The notes beneath the pieces are model-generated. The model saw only the letters and a program-made list of their open reading frames with translations, did not search any database and was not told where the DNA came from. A stretch of DNA of 64,000 nt. Source: Trueperaceae bacterium. Its GTDB lineage: Bacteria > Deinococcota > Deinococci > Deinococcales > Trueperaceae. Location: positions 3,232,001 through 3,296,000 of the forward strand of contig OZ243956.1 of assembly GCA_965214405.1 (NCBI GenBank), read 5' to 3'. Shown piece after piece: positions 1 through 8,758 of the stretch (within the stretch, counting starts at the first letter, position 1; the number at the start of each line of letters is the position of its first letter). A program made the translations under genes and the position numbers.

Positions 1-313
1 CTTCAGCCTCGAGGTCCGCTTGCTGACCCTCTGTACCCTCGGCTTGTTCCGCGTCTTCTTGAATCTTTCTCTCAGGCTCGCTCCAACTTGCCTCTGCTGG
101 AGATTCGCCCGTTGCCGCCTCACCTATGTCTTCGCCTGTGTTTTCAAACGCTTGCGACGCCTCGTTTTGAGACGCTTGCGATTCGGTGACTTCATCTAAA
201 GGAGCGTCGTGACTTACTTCAACCGTGTCGGCTCGCTCCTCTGGCTCTCGTTCTTTTACCTCTTGTTCTTCCATCTCGAGCGGGTCCCGACTCGGCTCGT
301 CCCCATCCGTCAC
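1..313 (-). CDS. Partial CDS running off the window, with an acidic low-complexity N-terminus; fourth gene of the vWA-kinase-FHA cluster (possibly a PP2C phosphatase, not visible)
   Basis: GTG at 313 overlaps the FHA stop (GTGA). Open frame MTDGDEPSRDPLEMEEQEVKERE...DLEAE to the window edge. Confidence 0.6.
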   Translation of the reverse strand, partial: MTDGDEPSRDPLEMEEQEVKEREPEERADTVEVSHDAPLDEVTESQASQNEASQAFENTGEDIGEAATGESPAEASWSEPERKIQEDAEQAEGTEGQQADLEAE

Positions 314-969
314 AGGTCATCCTGACGAAAGGCGAACACGACGTTGCCAAAGGCTATCTCGTCGCCGTCACTCAGCTCGGCGGGCTCCTGGAGGCGCGGC
401 CCGTAGCTTTCTTCGCCCGCGCGCTTGAGGAACACCCCGTTGGTCGAGCCGAGGTCGCGCACCTTCCAGACGCCGGACTCACTATAAAGCTCGGCGTGCC
501 GCCTCGAGATGTGCTCCGCACCCCCCATCTCCGTCACGTCGATATCGACCGGACCCGTCGAGGGGTCGAAACGTCCGACCACCAGCCGCGCGCCGGAGAG
601 GGGAATCGCGTCGTCACTCAGCGCGCCGTGCCGTTTGGCGAACAGCTTGGCCGGGGCCGCTTCACCCGTTTCGGGGGCGGGCGACGCCGCTACAGCGCTT
701 TCTTCGGCGGGTTCGGTGCTCTCGGTAGGGCTCGAGTCCTGACCCTCTTGGCCTGCGGAGGCGTCAACCGACGTTTCGCCGTCGGAAGGGGGTGCGTCAC
801 CGGCGGGTTCGGCTGGCGTCTCTTCGGGAGTTGGCGCGGCTGCTTCCCCAACCGGCGTTTCCCCTTCCGGCGGGGTCGTGGTCGCGCTCGTTAGCTCGAC
901 GCCGCAGCCCTCGCAGAACTCGGCGCTGTCGGGGTTGGTGGTGCCGCAGACGGAACAAACTTTACTCAT
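310..969 (-). CDS. Zinc-ribbon + FHA domain protein
   Basis: N-terminal CxxC..CxxC ribbon, acidic Pro/Ala linker, FHA motifs VGR, ISRRHA, DLGSTNG. SD GGAGG upstream. Confidence 0.92.
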   Translation of the reverse strand: MSKVCSVCGTTNPDSAEFCEGCGVELTSATTTPPEGETPVGEAAAPTPEETPAEPAGDAPPSDGETSVDASAGQEGQDSSPTESTEPAEESAVAASPAPETGEAAPAKLFAKRHGALSDDAIPLSGARLVVGRFDPSTGPVDIDVTEMGGAEHISRRHAELYSESGVWKVRDLGSTNGVFLKRAGEESYGPRLQEPAELSDGDEIAFGNVVFAFRQDDL

Positions 970-1011
970 GTCTTACCTCCATGTTTTATAAAAGCTCTAA
1001 ACGAACCCGGC

Positions 1012-2385
1012 TCAAAAAAAGTAGACGAAGCCGCCCGAACTAAACAGGAAAAAGAGCAGCAAGAGCAGGAAAAACCCGATCAAGCAGCCGCTGCCGAAGC
1101 TCGGCGTCTGGGGCCGTTGCTGCCGCGTCCTCCGCCCCGTTCGCGCGGGTGTGGGTGCCCGCGTGCGCGGCGCGTCTCCGGCGGACCCGGTGGGCACGAC
1201 GACGACAACCGCGCCCATCGCCTCTAACCGACGCTTGATGGTCTGCGCGTCCTCTTGGCTCACATCCGCCCTTATCACCCCGCCCTCGCTGGCTAACCGC
1301 ATCGCCTGGACGGGCTCGAGCCCCGTGAGGTTGGCGATTTCGGCCACCACCAGGAACCGTAAGAAGCCGCTGTGCCTCAGCACCACGTCGAAACGCCCCG
1401 CCTCTCGAGTCTCGGGCACCCGCGGGGCGGGCGTCGGCACCTCCAACCTGCGCCGAGGCCGCGCGTCTCGCGTGAGCAGGTCCCGAAACGCCGCCACCGT
1501 CGCGGGCCTCTCGTCGATGCGAATCTCTAAGCCCTGCTCAATGGCGGCGCGTAGGCCTGACGGCAGTTCGTCGGGCAGGGGTGACGACTCGGCCCCTGCC
1601 AGGCGGTCGGTGACCGGTGGGGGCGGCGTCCCCGTGGCCGCGTGGTAGAGCGTGGCGGCGAGGGCGTATATATCCGTGTAGGGGCCAAACTTGGCCTCGG
1701 TGGTGTACTGCTCGAGCGGCGCGTAGCCGGGCGTCACCAGCCGGGTGTGGCTCACGGTCTGCCCGCTGGCGTAGGCGCGCGCCGAGCCGAAGTCGATGAG
1801 CACCGTGCGCCCGTCTTGGGTGAGGAAGACGTTGTCGGGCTTAATGTCGCGGTGCAGCAGCCCGGCCTCGTGAACGACAGCGAGCGCGTCCGAGAGCGCG
1901 CTCGCCAGCGTCATGACCTCCTGGGCGCTCAGCGCGCCCGCCTCAACGATGCGCCCGCCCAGCGTCTCCCCCTGCAACAGCTCCATCACCAGGTAGGCGG
2001 TAAAGTTCTCCTCGAAAACGTCCATCACGTCGACGATGCCGGGATGGTCGAAGCGCCTGAGGGTGCGCGCCTCGTCCAAGAAGTTTTTGAGCCCCGCCTC
2101 GAGCCCCTGCCCGCCAAACGAGGTGGGGGGCAGCAGCGCGTTGGTGCGCCGCGAGGAACCGTCGGGGAAAAACTCCTTGATGGCGACCGGGCGGTTGCGA
2201 GACAGGTCCGCGCCCTGGTAGGTGATGCCGAAGCCCCCCTGGCCGAGCACCCGGCCCACGGTGTACTTGCCCCCGTGGAGCTTCGTGCCCGCCCGAAGGT
2301 GGGGGGTCGTGTAGGGCATCCCGCACACGGGGCAGGCGCCCTCGGTCCCCCTCAGCAGACTCCCGCACGCGGTGCAGTGGACCAC
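1012..2385 (-). CDS. Hanks-type Ser/Thr protein kinase with N-terminal Zn ribbon, L7/L12-CTD-like domain and C-terminal membrane anchor
   Basis: LGQGGFG, VAIKE, HRDIKPDN, DFG, GYAPLEQ, DIYAL motifs. Hydrophobic C-terminus. Confidence 0.93.
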   Translation of the reverse strand: MVHCTACGSLLRGTEGACPVCGMPYTTPHLRAGTKLHGGKYTVGRVLGQGGFGITYQGADLSRNRPVAIKEFFPDGSSRRTNALLPPTSFGGQGLEAGLKNFLDEARTLRRFDHPGIVDVMDVFEENFTAYLVMELLQGETLGGRIVEAGALSAQEVMTLASALSDALAVVHEAGLLHRDIKPDNVFLTQDGRTVLIDFGSARAYASGQTVSHTRLVTPGYAPLEQYTTEAKFGPYTDIYALAATLYHAATGTPPPPVTDRLAGAESSPLPDELPSGLRAAIEQGLEIRIDERPATVAAFRDLLTRDARPRRRLEVPTPAPRVPETREAGRFDVVLRHSGFLRFLVVAEIANLTGLEPVQAMRLASEGGVIRADVSQEDAQTIKRRLEAMGAVVVVVPTGSAGDAPRTRAPTPARTGRRTRQQRPQTPSFGSGCLIGFFLLLLLFFLFSSGGFVYFF

Positions 2386-2388
2386 GTT

Positions 2389-3780
2389 TTAAGCTCCCGT
2401 CATGCGGCGGATGTCTTCATCGCTTGGTAGGTCGCTCGAGCCGCCCGCCCGCAGGGTCTGCGTTTTCGCGCCGATTTTGAGGGTCTTGGCGGTCGTCACG
2501 CTTACCGTCCTGCCGCCCTCGAGCTCGTTAATCGCCCGGTCGAGCGCCTGGGTCATGACCCCGTTGCCGAGCCGCACGGTCATCGCGCGGGCGAGCTCCA
2601 TCGTCTTTTGCGCCCCCGCCGGGTCGCTTTGCGCCTGCTGGGTCGCCTGGTGGATGAGACCTTCGATGTTGCGCTGCTGCACCCACCGCATTACTTCGCT
2701 ATTGATGCGCGCGGCGAGCGCCTCGTTGGCGGTAAATTCCACCACCACGTCGAGCGGCTCCGTCTCGCCGCGGTAGCCCGCGCCCGGCACTTCAAAGGTG
2801 AGCGCCAACTGCGCCAAGCGCATCCGCGCGCTCGGCCTCGAGGGCAGCGTAAATTCCAAAATAAAAACCGTGTCCGCCCCCGCCTCGGCGCTGCCTAAAA
2901 AGAGCTGCGCGCCCTCCTTCACCTTGTCCACCTCGTTTTGCGTCGGGAACACGCGGGTCACGCGCTCGAGCCGCACGTCCTTGACCGTGCGGACGTTCAA
3001 ACGCAGGCCGGTCACGACTTCGTTGGCGGTGTGCTCGAGTTCGGCCACGAGTTCGCCCGGCAGGTCGGTCATCCGCACCGCCGGGGGCTGCGGGTTTTCA
3101 ACGTCCGGCACCACGTAGAAGGGCTTGCCCTGGGTGCGGTCGGTGAGTTCGGTTAAGAGCGCCTCGTTCCACTCCTCGCCCACGCCAATGGTCGTCACCG
3201 CGACACGGTCTTCCGCCAAAGAAGCGCCCACCTCGCGCACCAGGTCCTCGTCGGAGGTGCGCCCGTCGGTGAGCAGCAGCAGGCGTTTGCTGCCCTCCTC
3301 GAGCCGTAGGAGCCCCAACGCCTCCCGCATCCCCGCGCCCATCTGGGTGCCGCCGGAAAACTCGGCGAGGCGCGCCACCGCCGCCTGCAACGCGCCCCGC
3401 TGTTGGGCTTCGGTAAAGGGCAAGAGGACTTCGGCCTCGTCGTCGAACTTGACGAGCGCCAGCCGGTCGTCGGCCTGGAGAAGGTTAGACTCGAGCACCC
3501 CCGTGAGCGCCTCCACGACCAAATCCATCTTGCTCTTGGCGCCCCGGACCACTTCGTACCGTCTACCGTCGACAACGGTCGTCCTGCCGGTGCGCTCGGT
3601 GGGTTCGGTGACGGTCTCGCGCATCGAGCCTGAGGTGTCGACCACAAAGGCGACCGAGAGCTGGGGCCGGGCGGCGCTGGCTTCCGCTCCCGGCCGCACG
3701 GTGAGCGCGACGAAGAGCTTTTGGCCCTCGGTCTGGGCCAGCAGGGTCTCGCGGTGGAGCGTAAGGGTGGTCTCGAGCAC
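2389..3780 (-). CDS. vWA (von Willebrand factor A) domain protein
   Basis: MIDAS motifs DTSGSM, GGT, LLTDG, TIGVG. GTG start at 3780 chosen after SD GGAGG rather than the ORF-track start at 3924. Confidence 0.88.
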   Translation of the reverse strand: MLETTLTLHRETLLAQTEGQKLFVALTVRPGAEASAARPQLSVAFVVDTSGSMRETVTEPTERTGRTTVVDGRRYEVVRGAKSKMDLVVEALTGVLESNLLQADDRLALVKFDDEAEVLLPFTEAQQRGALQAAVARLAEFSGGTQMGAGMREALGLLRLEEGSKRLLLLTDGRTSDEDLVREVGASLAEDRVAVTTIGVGEEWNEALLTELTDRTQGKPFYVVPDVENPQPPAVRMTDLPGELVAELEHTANEVVTGLRLNVRTVKDVRLERVTRVFPTQNEVDKVKEGAQLFLGSAEAGADTVFILEFTLPSRPSARMRLAQLALTFEVPGAGYRGETEPLDVVVEFTANEALAARINSEVMRWVQQRNIEGLIHQATQQAQSDPAGAQKTMELARAMTVRLGNGVMTQALDRAINELEGGRTVSVTTAKTLKIGAKTQTLRAGGSSDLPSDEDIRRMTGA

Positions 3781-3899
3781 GTTGCCTCCTCCCTCAAGTA
3801 GATAGCAGGAAAACGGGTGAGTTTTGTAAGGTGGAACCCATACCTGTGAGGGAACGTCGCCCCAAACACCGCTTAGAGGAGCGTTCGGAACTGCCCTCG

Positions 3900-4751
3900 T
3901 CAGAAATTTTCTCTCTCGACCCACGCAAAAATCGCGCGCGAAATCTGAGCAATCAGCATCAGCCCCTCCTGCTCCGGGCTGAACGAACGGTCGTCGGCGC
4001 CCGCGGTCATCACGACCAAGGCGTAGAGAGGTTGGTTGGCTCGAGACACAACACCCGCGTCGTGCCAGACGCCGCGCAAACAGCCGCTTTTGGACGCCAC
4101 GGTGACGGGGTCCATGAAGAGTTCCCCGTCAGTCGGCAGGTAACGCCCCAGCGCCTCTTTGTAGAGTTGGCGCTCCAACACCCGCAACGCCGTCGCCGTC
4201 GCGTCCGCCCCCAGCAACCGGCCCTCCTGCAACGCTGTGAGCAGGTTCAGCACGTCTCCTGCCGACGTCCGGTTACGCTCGCCGCGCTTTTGCGCCTCGT
4301 TCTGTGACTCTTCTGGAAGTTGCAGCTTCCCGACTAAGCGCGTGTGGGTGAGGCCCAGCGCGTCACAACGCGCGTTGACCGCGTCCAAGCCCACGAGGTC
4401 AATGAGCATATTCGTCGCGGTGTTGTCGCTCACGATAATCATGAGCGTGAGCAGGTCTTCTAAAGAGAGATTTAAGCCCGGCCCCAGCCATTGCAGCACC
4501 CCGCTCCCGCCCGCCAGGTCCTCGGCTTTTAAGGGAAAACAGTCCGTGAGCCTCAGCGTCCCTGCCTCCACCTGGGCGAGCGCTTCAACCATGATGTGAA
4601 GCTTAATAAGCGAGGCGGCGGGCAAAACCTTGTCGGCGTTTAGGCCGTAGCGAAAGCCGTCCTCGAGACAGTGAAACGCGATACTCACCTCTCCTGAGAA
4701 ACCTCGCAGGAGGGGAGAAAGCACCTCGCCTAAACTTTCGTGCTTATTCAC
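3900..4751 (-). CDS. Serine hydrolase, class A beta-lactamase-like fold
   Basis: SxxK (ASLIK), SDN and KSG motifs. No signal peptide. Confidence 0.85.
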   Translation of the reverse strand: MNKHESLGEVLSPLLRGFSGEVSIAFHCLEDGFRYGLNADKVLPAASLIKLHIMVEALAQVEAGTLRLTDCFPLKAEDLAGGSGVLQWLGPGLNLSLEDLLTLMIIVSDNTATNMLIDLVGLDAVNARCDALGLTHTRLVGKLQLPEESQNEAQKRGERNRTSAGDVLNLLTALQEGRLLGADATATALRVLERQLYKEALGRYLPTDGELFMDPVTVASKSGCLRGVWHDAGVVSRANQPLYALVVMTAGADDRSFSPEQEGLMLIAQISRAIFAWVERENF

Positions 4752-5919
4752 ACTCCAACCTCACCACATCCGCCACCGTTTCACGCCGCCGCGCAAGCCG
4801 TATCCGTTCTCCTTGTACCGTTACCTCGGCGGGACGCAAAGAGGAAGCGTAGTTCGAGGCCATCGTCAGACCATAAGCGCCTGCTTGCTCCACAACCAGC
4901 AGGTCGCCAGGGCGCGGCGCGGGAAGTGTAAGCTCCCGCCCCAGCCGGTCCGCGTTTTCGCACAGGGGGCCGTCCACGTCCACCCGCTCCACGGCCCGCC
5001 CTTCCGCCCCCAGCACCCGCACGGGATGCGCCGCGCCGTAGAGCGCGGGCCGGAGCAGGTCGGCCATGCCCGCGTCGGCAATCACGTGAGTCACTTCGCC
5101 CCGTTTAACGTGCAGCACGCGCGTGAGCAGCACGCCCGCGTCGGCGACCAAGTAGCGACCGGGCTCGAGGATAACTTTAAGCCCAAACCTCCGCGCAAAA
5201 GCGCGCACCTTTTCGGCAAAGCTTAAGAGCGGAAAATCCGGCACCGCAAAGCCGCCGCCGATATCCAAAGTTTTCACGCCAAAGCGCGCGTAAAGGGGTG
5301 CCAGCCGCTCAAAAATCTTGTCATAAACCGCCACGTCCCGAATCTGCGAACCCGCGTGGACGTGAAAACCCGCCAGCTTTCCGGCTCCGTGGAGGCGTCC
5401 GGCCAAGCCTTCAACCTCTTCAACCGTCATCCCAAACTTTGAACTCGCCGCGCCCGTCGCCAAATGTTCGTGCGTGCGCGGGTCGAGCGCGGGGTTGAGG
5501 CGGAGGAGAAACTTAACGTCCCGCCCTCTCCACAGCTCAGCTTGCGAGAGGCTGTCCAAGCTGACGAGGCGGACGCCCGCCGCCAGCGCCCCCCCAATCA
5601 GCGGCGGGTCCTGCCGCGGGCCGCCCAGCAGAATCTTTTCGGGATGAAAGCCCGCCGCTCGAGCGCGCGCCAGTTCGCCCTCGGTGATGACCTCCGCGCC
5701 CAGGCCGCGTTTTGCTAAGTACCGCAACACCGCGCCGCACGGATTTGCCTTGACCGCGTAGTGGAGGTGCGCCTCGGGCAGCGCGGCCCGCAGGTCTTGC
5801 AAGCGCGCGTCGACCAAGTCTAAATCATAAGCGTAGGTGGGCGTGCCAAATTTTTCGGCAACGCCTTGAAGCGTGGCGTCGGGCACAACATGAGAGGGCG
5901 CGCGGGGCGGTATTTGCAT
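4744..5919 (-). CDS. lysA: Diaminopimelate decarboxylase-like PLP enzyme (Orn/DAP/Arg decarboxylase family)
   Basis: YAVKAN PLP lysine, SKFG, HVHAGSQ, DIGGG, EPGR, GPLCENAD, GAYG..MASNY. Confidence 0.85.
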   Translation of the reverse strand: MQIPPRAPSHVVPDATLQGVAEKFGTPTYAYDLDLVDARLQDLRAALPEAHLHYAVKANPCGAVLRYLAKRGLGAEVITEGELARARAAGFHPEKILLGGPRQDPPLIGGALAAGVRLVSLDSLSQAELWRGRDVKFLLRLNPALDPRTHEHLATGAASSKFGMTVEEVEGLAGRLHGAGKLAGFHVHAGSQIRDVAVYDKIFERLAPLYARFGVKTLDIGGGFAVPDFPLLSFAEKVRAFARRFGLKVILEPGRYLVADAGVLLTRVLHVKRGEVTHVIADAGMADLLRPALYGAAHPVRVLGAEGRAVERVDVDGPLCENADRLGRELTLPAPRPGDLLVVEQAGAYGLTMASNYASSLRPAEVTVQGERIRLARRRETVADVVRLECE

Positions 5920-6038
5920 GGGGACAGCTTACCTTGTGTGGGAGACGCGTGGGGAGGCTCGAGTCAGGCTTCTAATCCCCCACCACTGCGTAAGCACCCC
6001 CCATGTCTGCCCCCCGAAACGTGCCTTAAAATACGCTC

Positions 6039-7391
6039 ATGTCAAAGATCATCATCATCGGCGGGGTCGCGGGCGGCATGAGCACCGCGGCCAAAGCCAA
6101 ACGCGAAAACCCCGACCTCGATATCACCGTTTACGAACGAACCCCCCACATCTCCTACAGCGCCTGCGGGATGCCCTACTCTGTTGCGGGCCGCATCCCG
6201 CTAGACGACCTCGTCGCGCGGACGCCCGCAGACATGAAAGAAGAGGGCGTCAACGTCAAGGTGCGGCACGAAGTCACGGCGGTTGACCACGACGCGCGCA
6301 CCGTACGCGTGAAGAATTTAGAAACGGACGAAACCTTTGAGGACGCGTACGATACGCTCGTGCTCGCCACGGGCGCGCGGGCGGTGGTGCCCGATCTGCC
6401 GGGGGCGAACTTGAAGGGTGTGTACACGCTGCGGCGGTTGGGGGACGCGGCGCGCATCCGTGAGGACGTTGGGGGAATGCAGGGGAAGCGCGCGGTGGTG
6501 ATAGGGGGCGGCTATATCGGGTTAGAAATGGCGGAGGCTTTTCACGAGGTGGGGCTCAGCGTGACGGTGGTCGAGGCCGAACGGCCTCTCAGCGACTTTG
6601 ACCCCGTGTTTTCCGACCTTGTGGAGAGCGAACTCAAAGCGCACGGCGTCACCTTGCACGTGGGGAAAAAGGTGGCTGCGTTCTGCGGCGAAGACCGGGT
6701 GACGGGCGTCCGGTTGGATGACGAAGATGGTCGAGAGGGCGAGACGCTTCCGGCGGATGTGGTGCTCGTCGCGGTGGGCGCAGCGCCCAATAACGAACTC
6801 GCCAAAGCCTTGGGTTTGGCACTGGGACCGCAGGGCACGGTGCTGACGGGGGGGCGGCTCGAGACCAACCTAGAAAGCGTCTACGCCGTGGGCGACGTGA
6901 CGGCGGTCACGCACCTCGTGTCGGGGGAACGCGTGTGGCTGCCGCTGGGCGACACCGCCAACAAACAGGGCCGCGTGCTGGGGACGGTTCTGGGTGGCGG
7001 TGCGGCGCGCTTTGAGGGCGTGGTGGGCACGTTCATTACCAAGGTCTTCGGACGGGCTTTCGCCAAAACGGGCTTGAGCACGCAAGAAGCCAAAGCCGCG
7101 GGCTTCCGCGTGGCCTGTACCCACATCAAGAGCACCGACCACGCAGGCTACTATCCTGATGCTCAACCCTTAGAAGTATCGCTCCTCTGGGAAGAGCGTT
7201 CCGGGCGGCTCCTCGGCGCGCAAATCGCGGCTTACGGCGACGCCGCTCTGCGCATCGACGTGGTGGCGGCGCTTTTGCATCGTCGCGGCACGTTGCAAGA
7301 CTTAGCCGACTTAGACCTCGCCTACGCCCCACCCTTTAGCAGCGCCTGGGACCCTCTGTTAACGGCGGCAAACGTGGCCTTGTCAGAATAA
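6039..7391 (+). CDS. FAD-dependent CoA-disulfide reductase / NADH oxidase family
   Basis: GGVAGG FAD motif, SYSACG redox Cys, GGGYIG, GD, C-terminal LAYAPPFS. Confidence 0.88.
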   Translation: MSKIIIIGGVAGGMSTAAKAKRENPDLDITVYERTPHISYSACGMPYSVAGRIPLDDLVARTPADMKEEGVNVKVRHEVTAVDHDARTVRVKNLETDETFEDAYDTLVLATGARAVVPDLPGANLKGVYTLRRLGDAARIREDVGGMQGKRAVVIGGGYIGLEMAEAFHEVGLSVTVVEAERPLSDFDPVFSDLVESELKAHGVTLHVGKKVAAFCGEDRVTGVRLDDEDGREGETLPADVVLVAVGAAPNNELAKALGLALGPQGTVLTGGRLETNLESVYAVGDVTAVTHLVSGERVWLPLGDTANKQGRVLGTVLGGGAARFEGVVGTFITKVFGRAFAKTGLSTQEAKAAGFRVACTHIKSTDHAGYYPDAQPLEVSLLWEERSGRLLGAQIAAYGDAALRIDVVAALLHRRGTLQDLADLDLAYAPPFSSAWDPLLTAANVALSE

Positions 7392-7519
7392 AAAGGAGGA
7401 GCTGTTCGCCATAGATTTGCCGGGCGGAGTCCAGGGAAGGGGAGGCGTTTTCCCACCCCTTTCCCCCGCTGTGGCGCAGGTGCGGCGTTTGGGGGGCTGG
7501 CGACTGGTATAAATAGGGC

Positions 7520-8053
7520 ATGAACCGACAGTTTCGCCGTGCCAACGAAAAGTCAGACAAGAAGCGGGAGCGGGAAAAAGCCAGGGGCAAGGTCAAGGCC
7601 TACGCCCGCCGCGCGCCCGTCAGAAAAGAAAAGCCCAAGGCAAAGCCCGACGCCAAAAACAACGTCATGACGCCGCAGGAGCGTAAAAGCGACTTTAGAA
7701 CCTCGGGCCGCTTTACGGGCGTCATGGCGCTCGTGACCACGGTGCTCATCCTTATGGGCGCACTTTTCCGCGTGCCCGACCCCAACCCGACGGTGCTCGC
7801 GGTCGTGTCCGAAGTGAGTTTGTTCCTCTTCTTTGGCTACTTCGTGGCCCTCTGGCTCCTGCGTACAGGCGTGAACAACGCGCTCGCTGTGGCGGTCTCG
7901 AGCGGTATCGTGCTCGCCACCATAGTCGAAGGCGCGCAGTTTTTCCTCCCTGCGGGCACGCCTGAACCGCTCAAAATCCTCTTGGCGGCACCGCTCGTCG
8001 TGGCAGGGGCGTTTTTGGGGCGGTTTATCTACCGGAAGACGATTGTCTCGTAA
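7520..8053 (+). CDS. Hypothetical membrane protein with basic N-terminus and about 4 TM helices
   Basis: Lys/Arg-rich N-terminus followed by four hydrophobic segments. -10-like box directly before the ATG. Confidence 0.7.
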   Translation: MNRQFRRANEKSDKKREREKARGKVKAYARRAPVRKEKPKAKPDAKNNVMTPQERKSDFRTSGRFTGVMALVTTVLILMGALFRVPDPNPTVLAVVSEVSLFLFFGYFVALWLLRTGVNNALAVAVSSGIVLATIVEGAQFFLPAGTPEPLKILLAAPLVVAGAFLGRFIYRKTIVS

Positions 8054-8106
8054 AGCTCGACTTTTCACGCCGGGTGAGGCGTCGGCAGGCTGAATGTTTC
8101 TCGAGG

Positions 8107-8556
8107 CTATTCCTCCTCACTCGGCTCCCCTTCCCGCTCCCACGCCGCCCGCATCACGACGCCTACTTTGTCGGCCAGAGCGGGAATAGATGAAGTTGGG
8201 CACGGCTGGTCCTCGAACTCCTCGAGCGCCTGTCCCTGAATAGCGCCAAAAAACATGCCGATAAAGGCGATTCGCTGCTGGTACTCCAAACTTATCTCGT
8301 CGCGCCCCTCGTTCGCGGCGCGGCGGCGCTCCGACTGCATATAAGCGAAATAGAACTCTTCCCACTCGAGGTCGCACGCCTGTATCTCGCCCGCTAACCG
8401 CCCCGCCTCCGCGATGTGCTCGAGGTGCGCCCCGTCGGGCATAGTGGCGTCCTCTTGGGCGAAAGTGGCGGGCGCAGTGAAGAAGATTGCAAGCGTCATG
8501 AAGAGGGCGAGACGCATAAACCTGAAGGGTGGCGGAAACATCTGGATGGAGAACAT
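8107..8556 (-). CDS. Hypothetical secreted protein (2 Cys)
   Basis: Signal-like MRLALFMTLAIFFTAPATFA-QE. TATAAT 7 nt before ATG 8556 (alternative start 8517). Confidence 0.55.
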   Translation of the reverse strand: MFSIQMFPPPFRFMRLALFMTLAIFFTAPATFAQEDATMPDGAHLEHIAEAGRLAGEIQACDLEWEEFYFAYMQSERRRAANEGRDEISLEYQQRIAFIGMFFGAIQGQALEEFEDQPCPTSSIPALADKVGVVMRAAWEREGEPSEEE

Positions 8557-8758
8557 GCCTGTGATTATAGGGCGGAGGGCGGCGAAGCTTTCCAAAATGT
8601 AAAAAACCCCCCACCTAACAAGGTCAACGTGAAGAGATGAACGTTGTGGGTCTGGGCTCGAGTTCTTAAAGTTGTGAACTTAGCTAACCTAATCAAGGAG
8701 CTACAAGGACTTCGAGGCTTACCTGTTCATCCGCTTTCATAAAGTAAACTGAACTGTC

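Noticed and set aside
1642..2430. Long antisense or alternative-frame ORFs (also 3125-3805, 28702-29373, 58987-59748 and similar)
   Set aside because: Shadows of well-supported genes in GC-rich DNA, with no motifs or RBS.
3781..3924. ORF-track N-terminal extensions (vWA 3924, efp 12087, asp23 14359, 22440, ruvX 41880)
   Set aside because: Better SD-linked starts exist downstream, and the extensions overlap neighbouring genes or intergenic signals.
3900..4751. Antibiotic-resistance beta-lactamase
   Set aside because: No signal peptide and a housekeeping context. The fold alone does not show beta-lactam hydrolysis.
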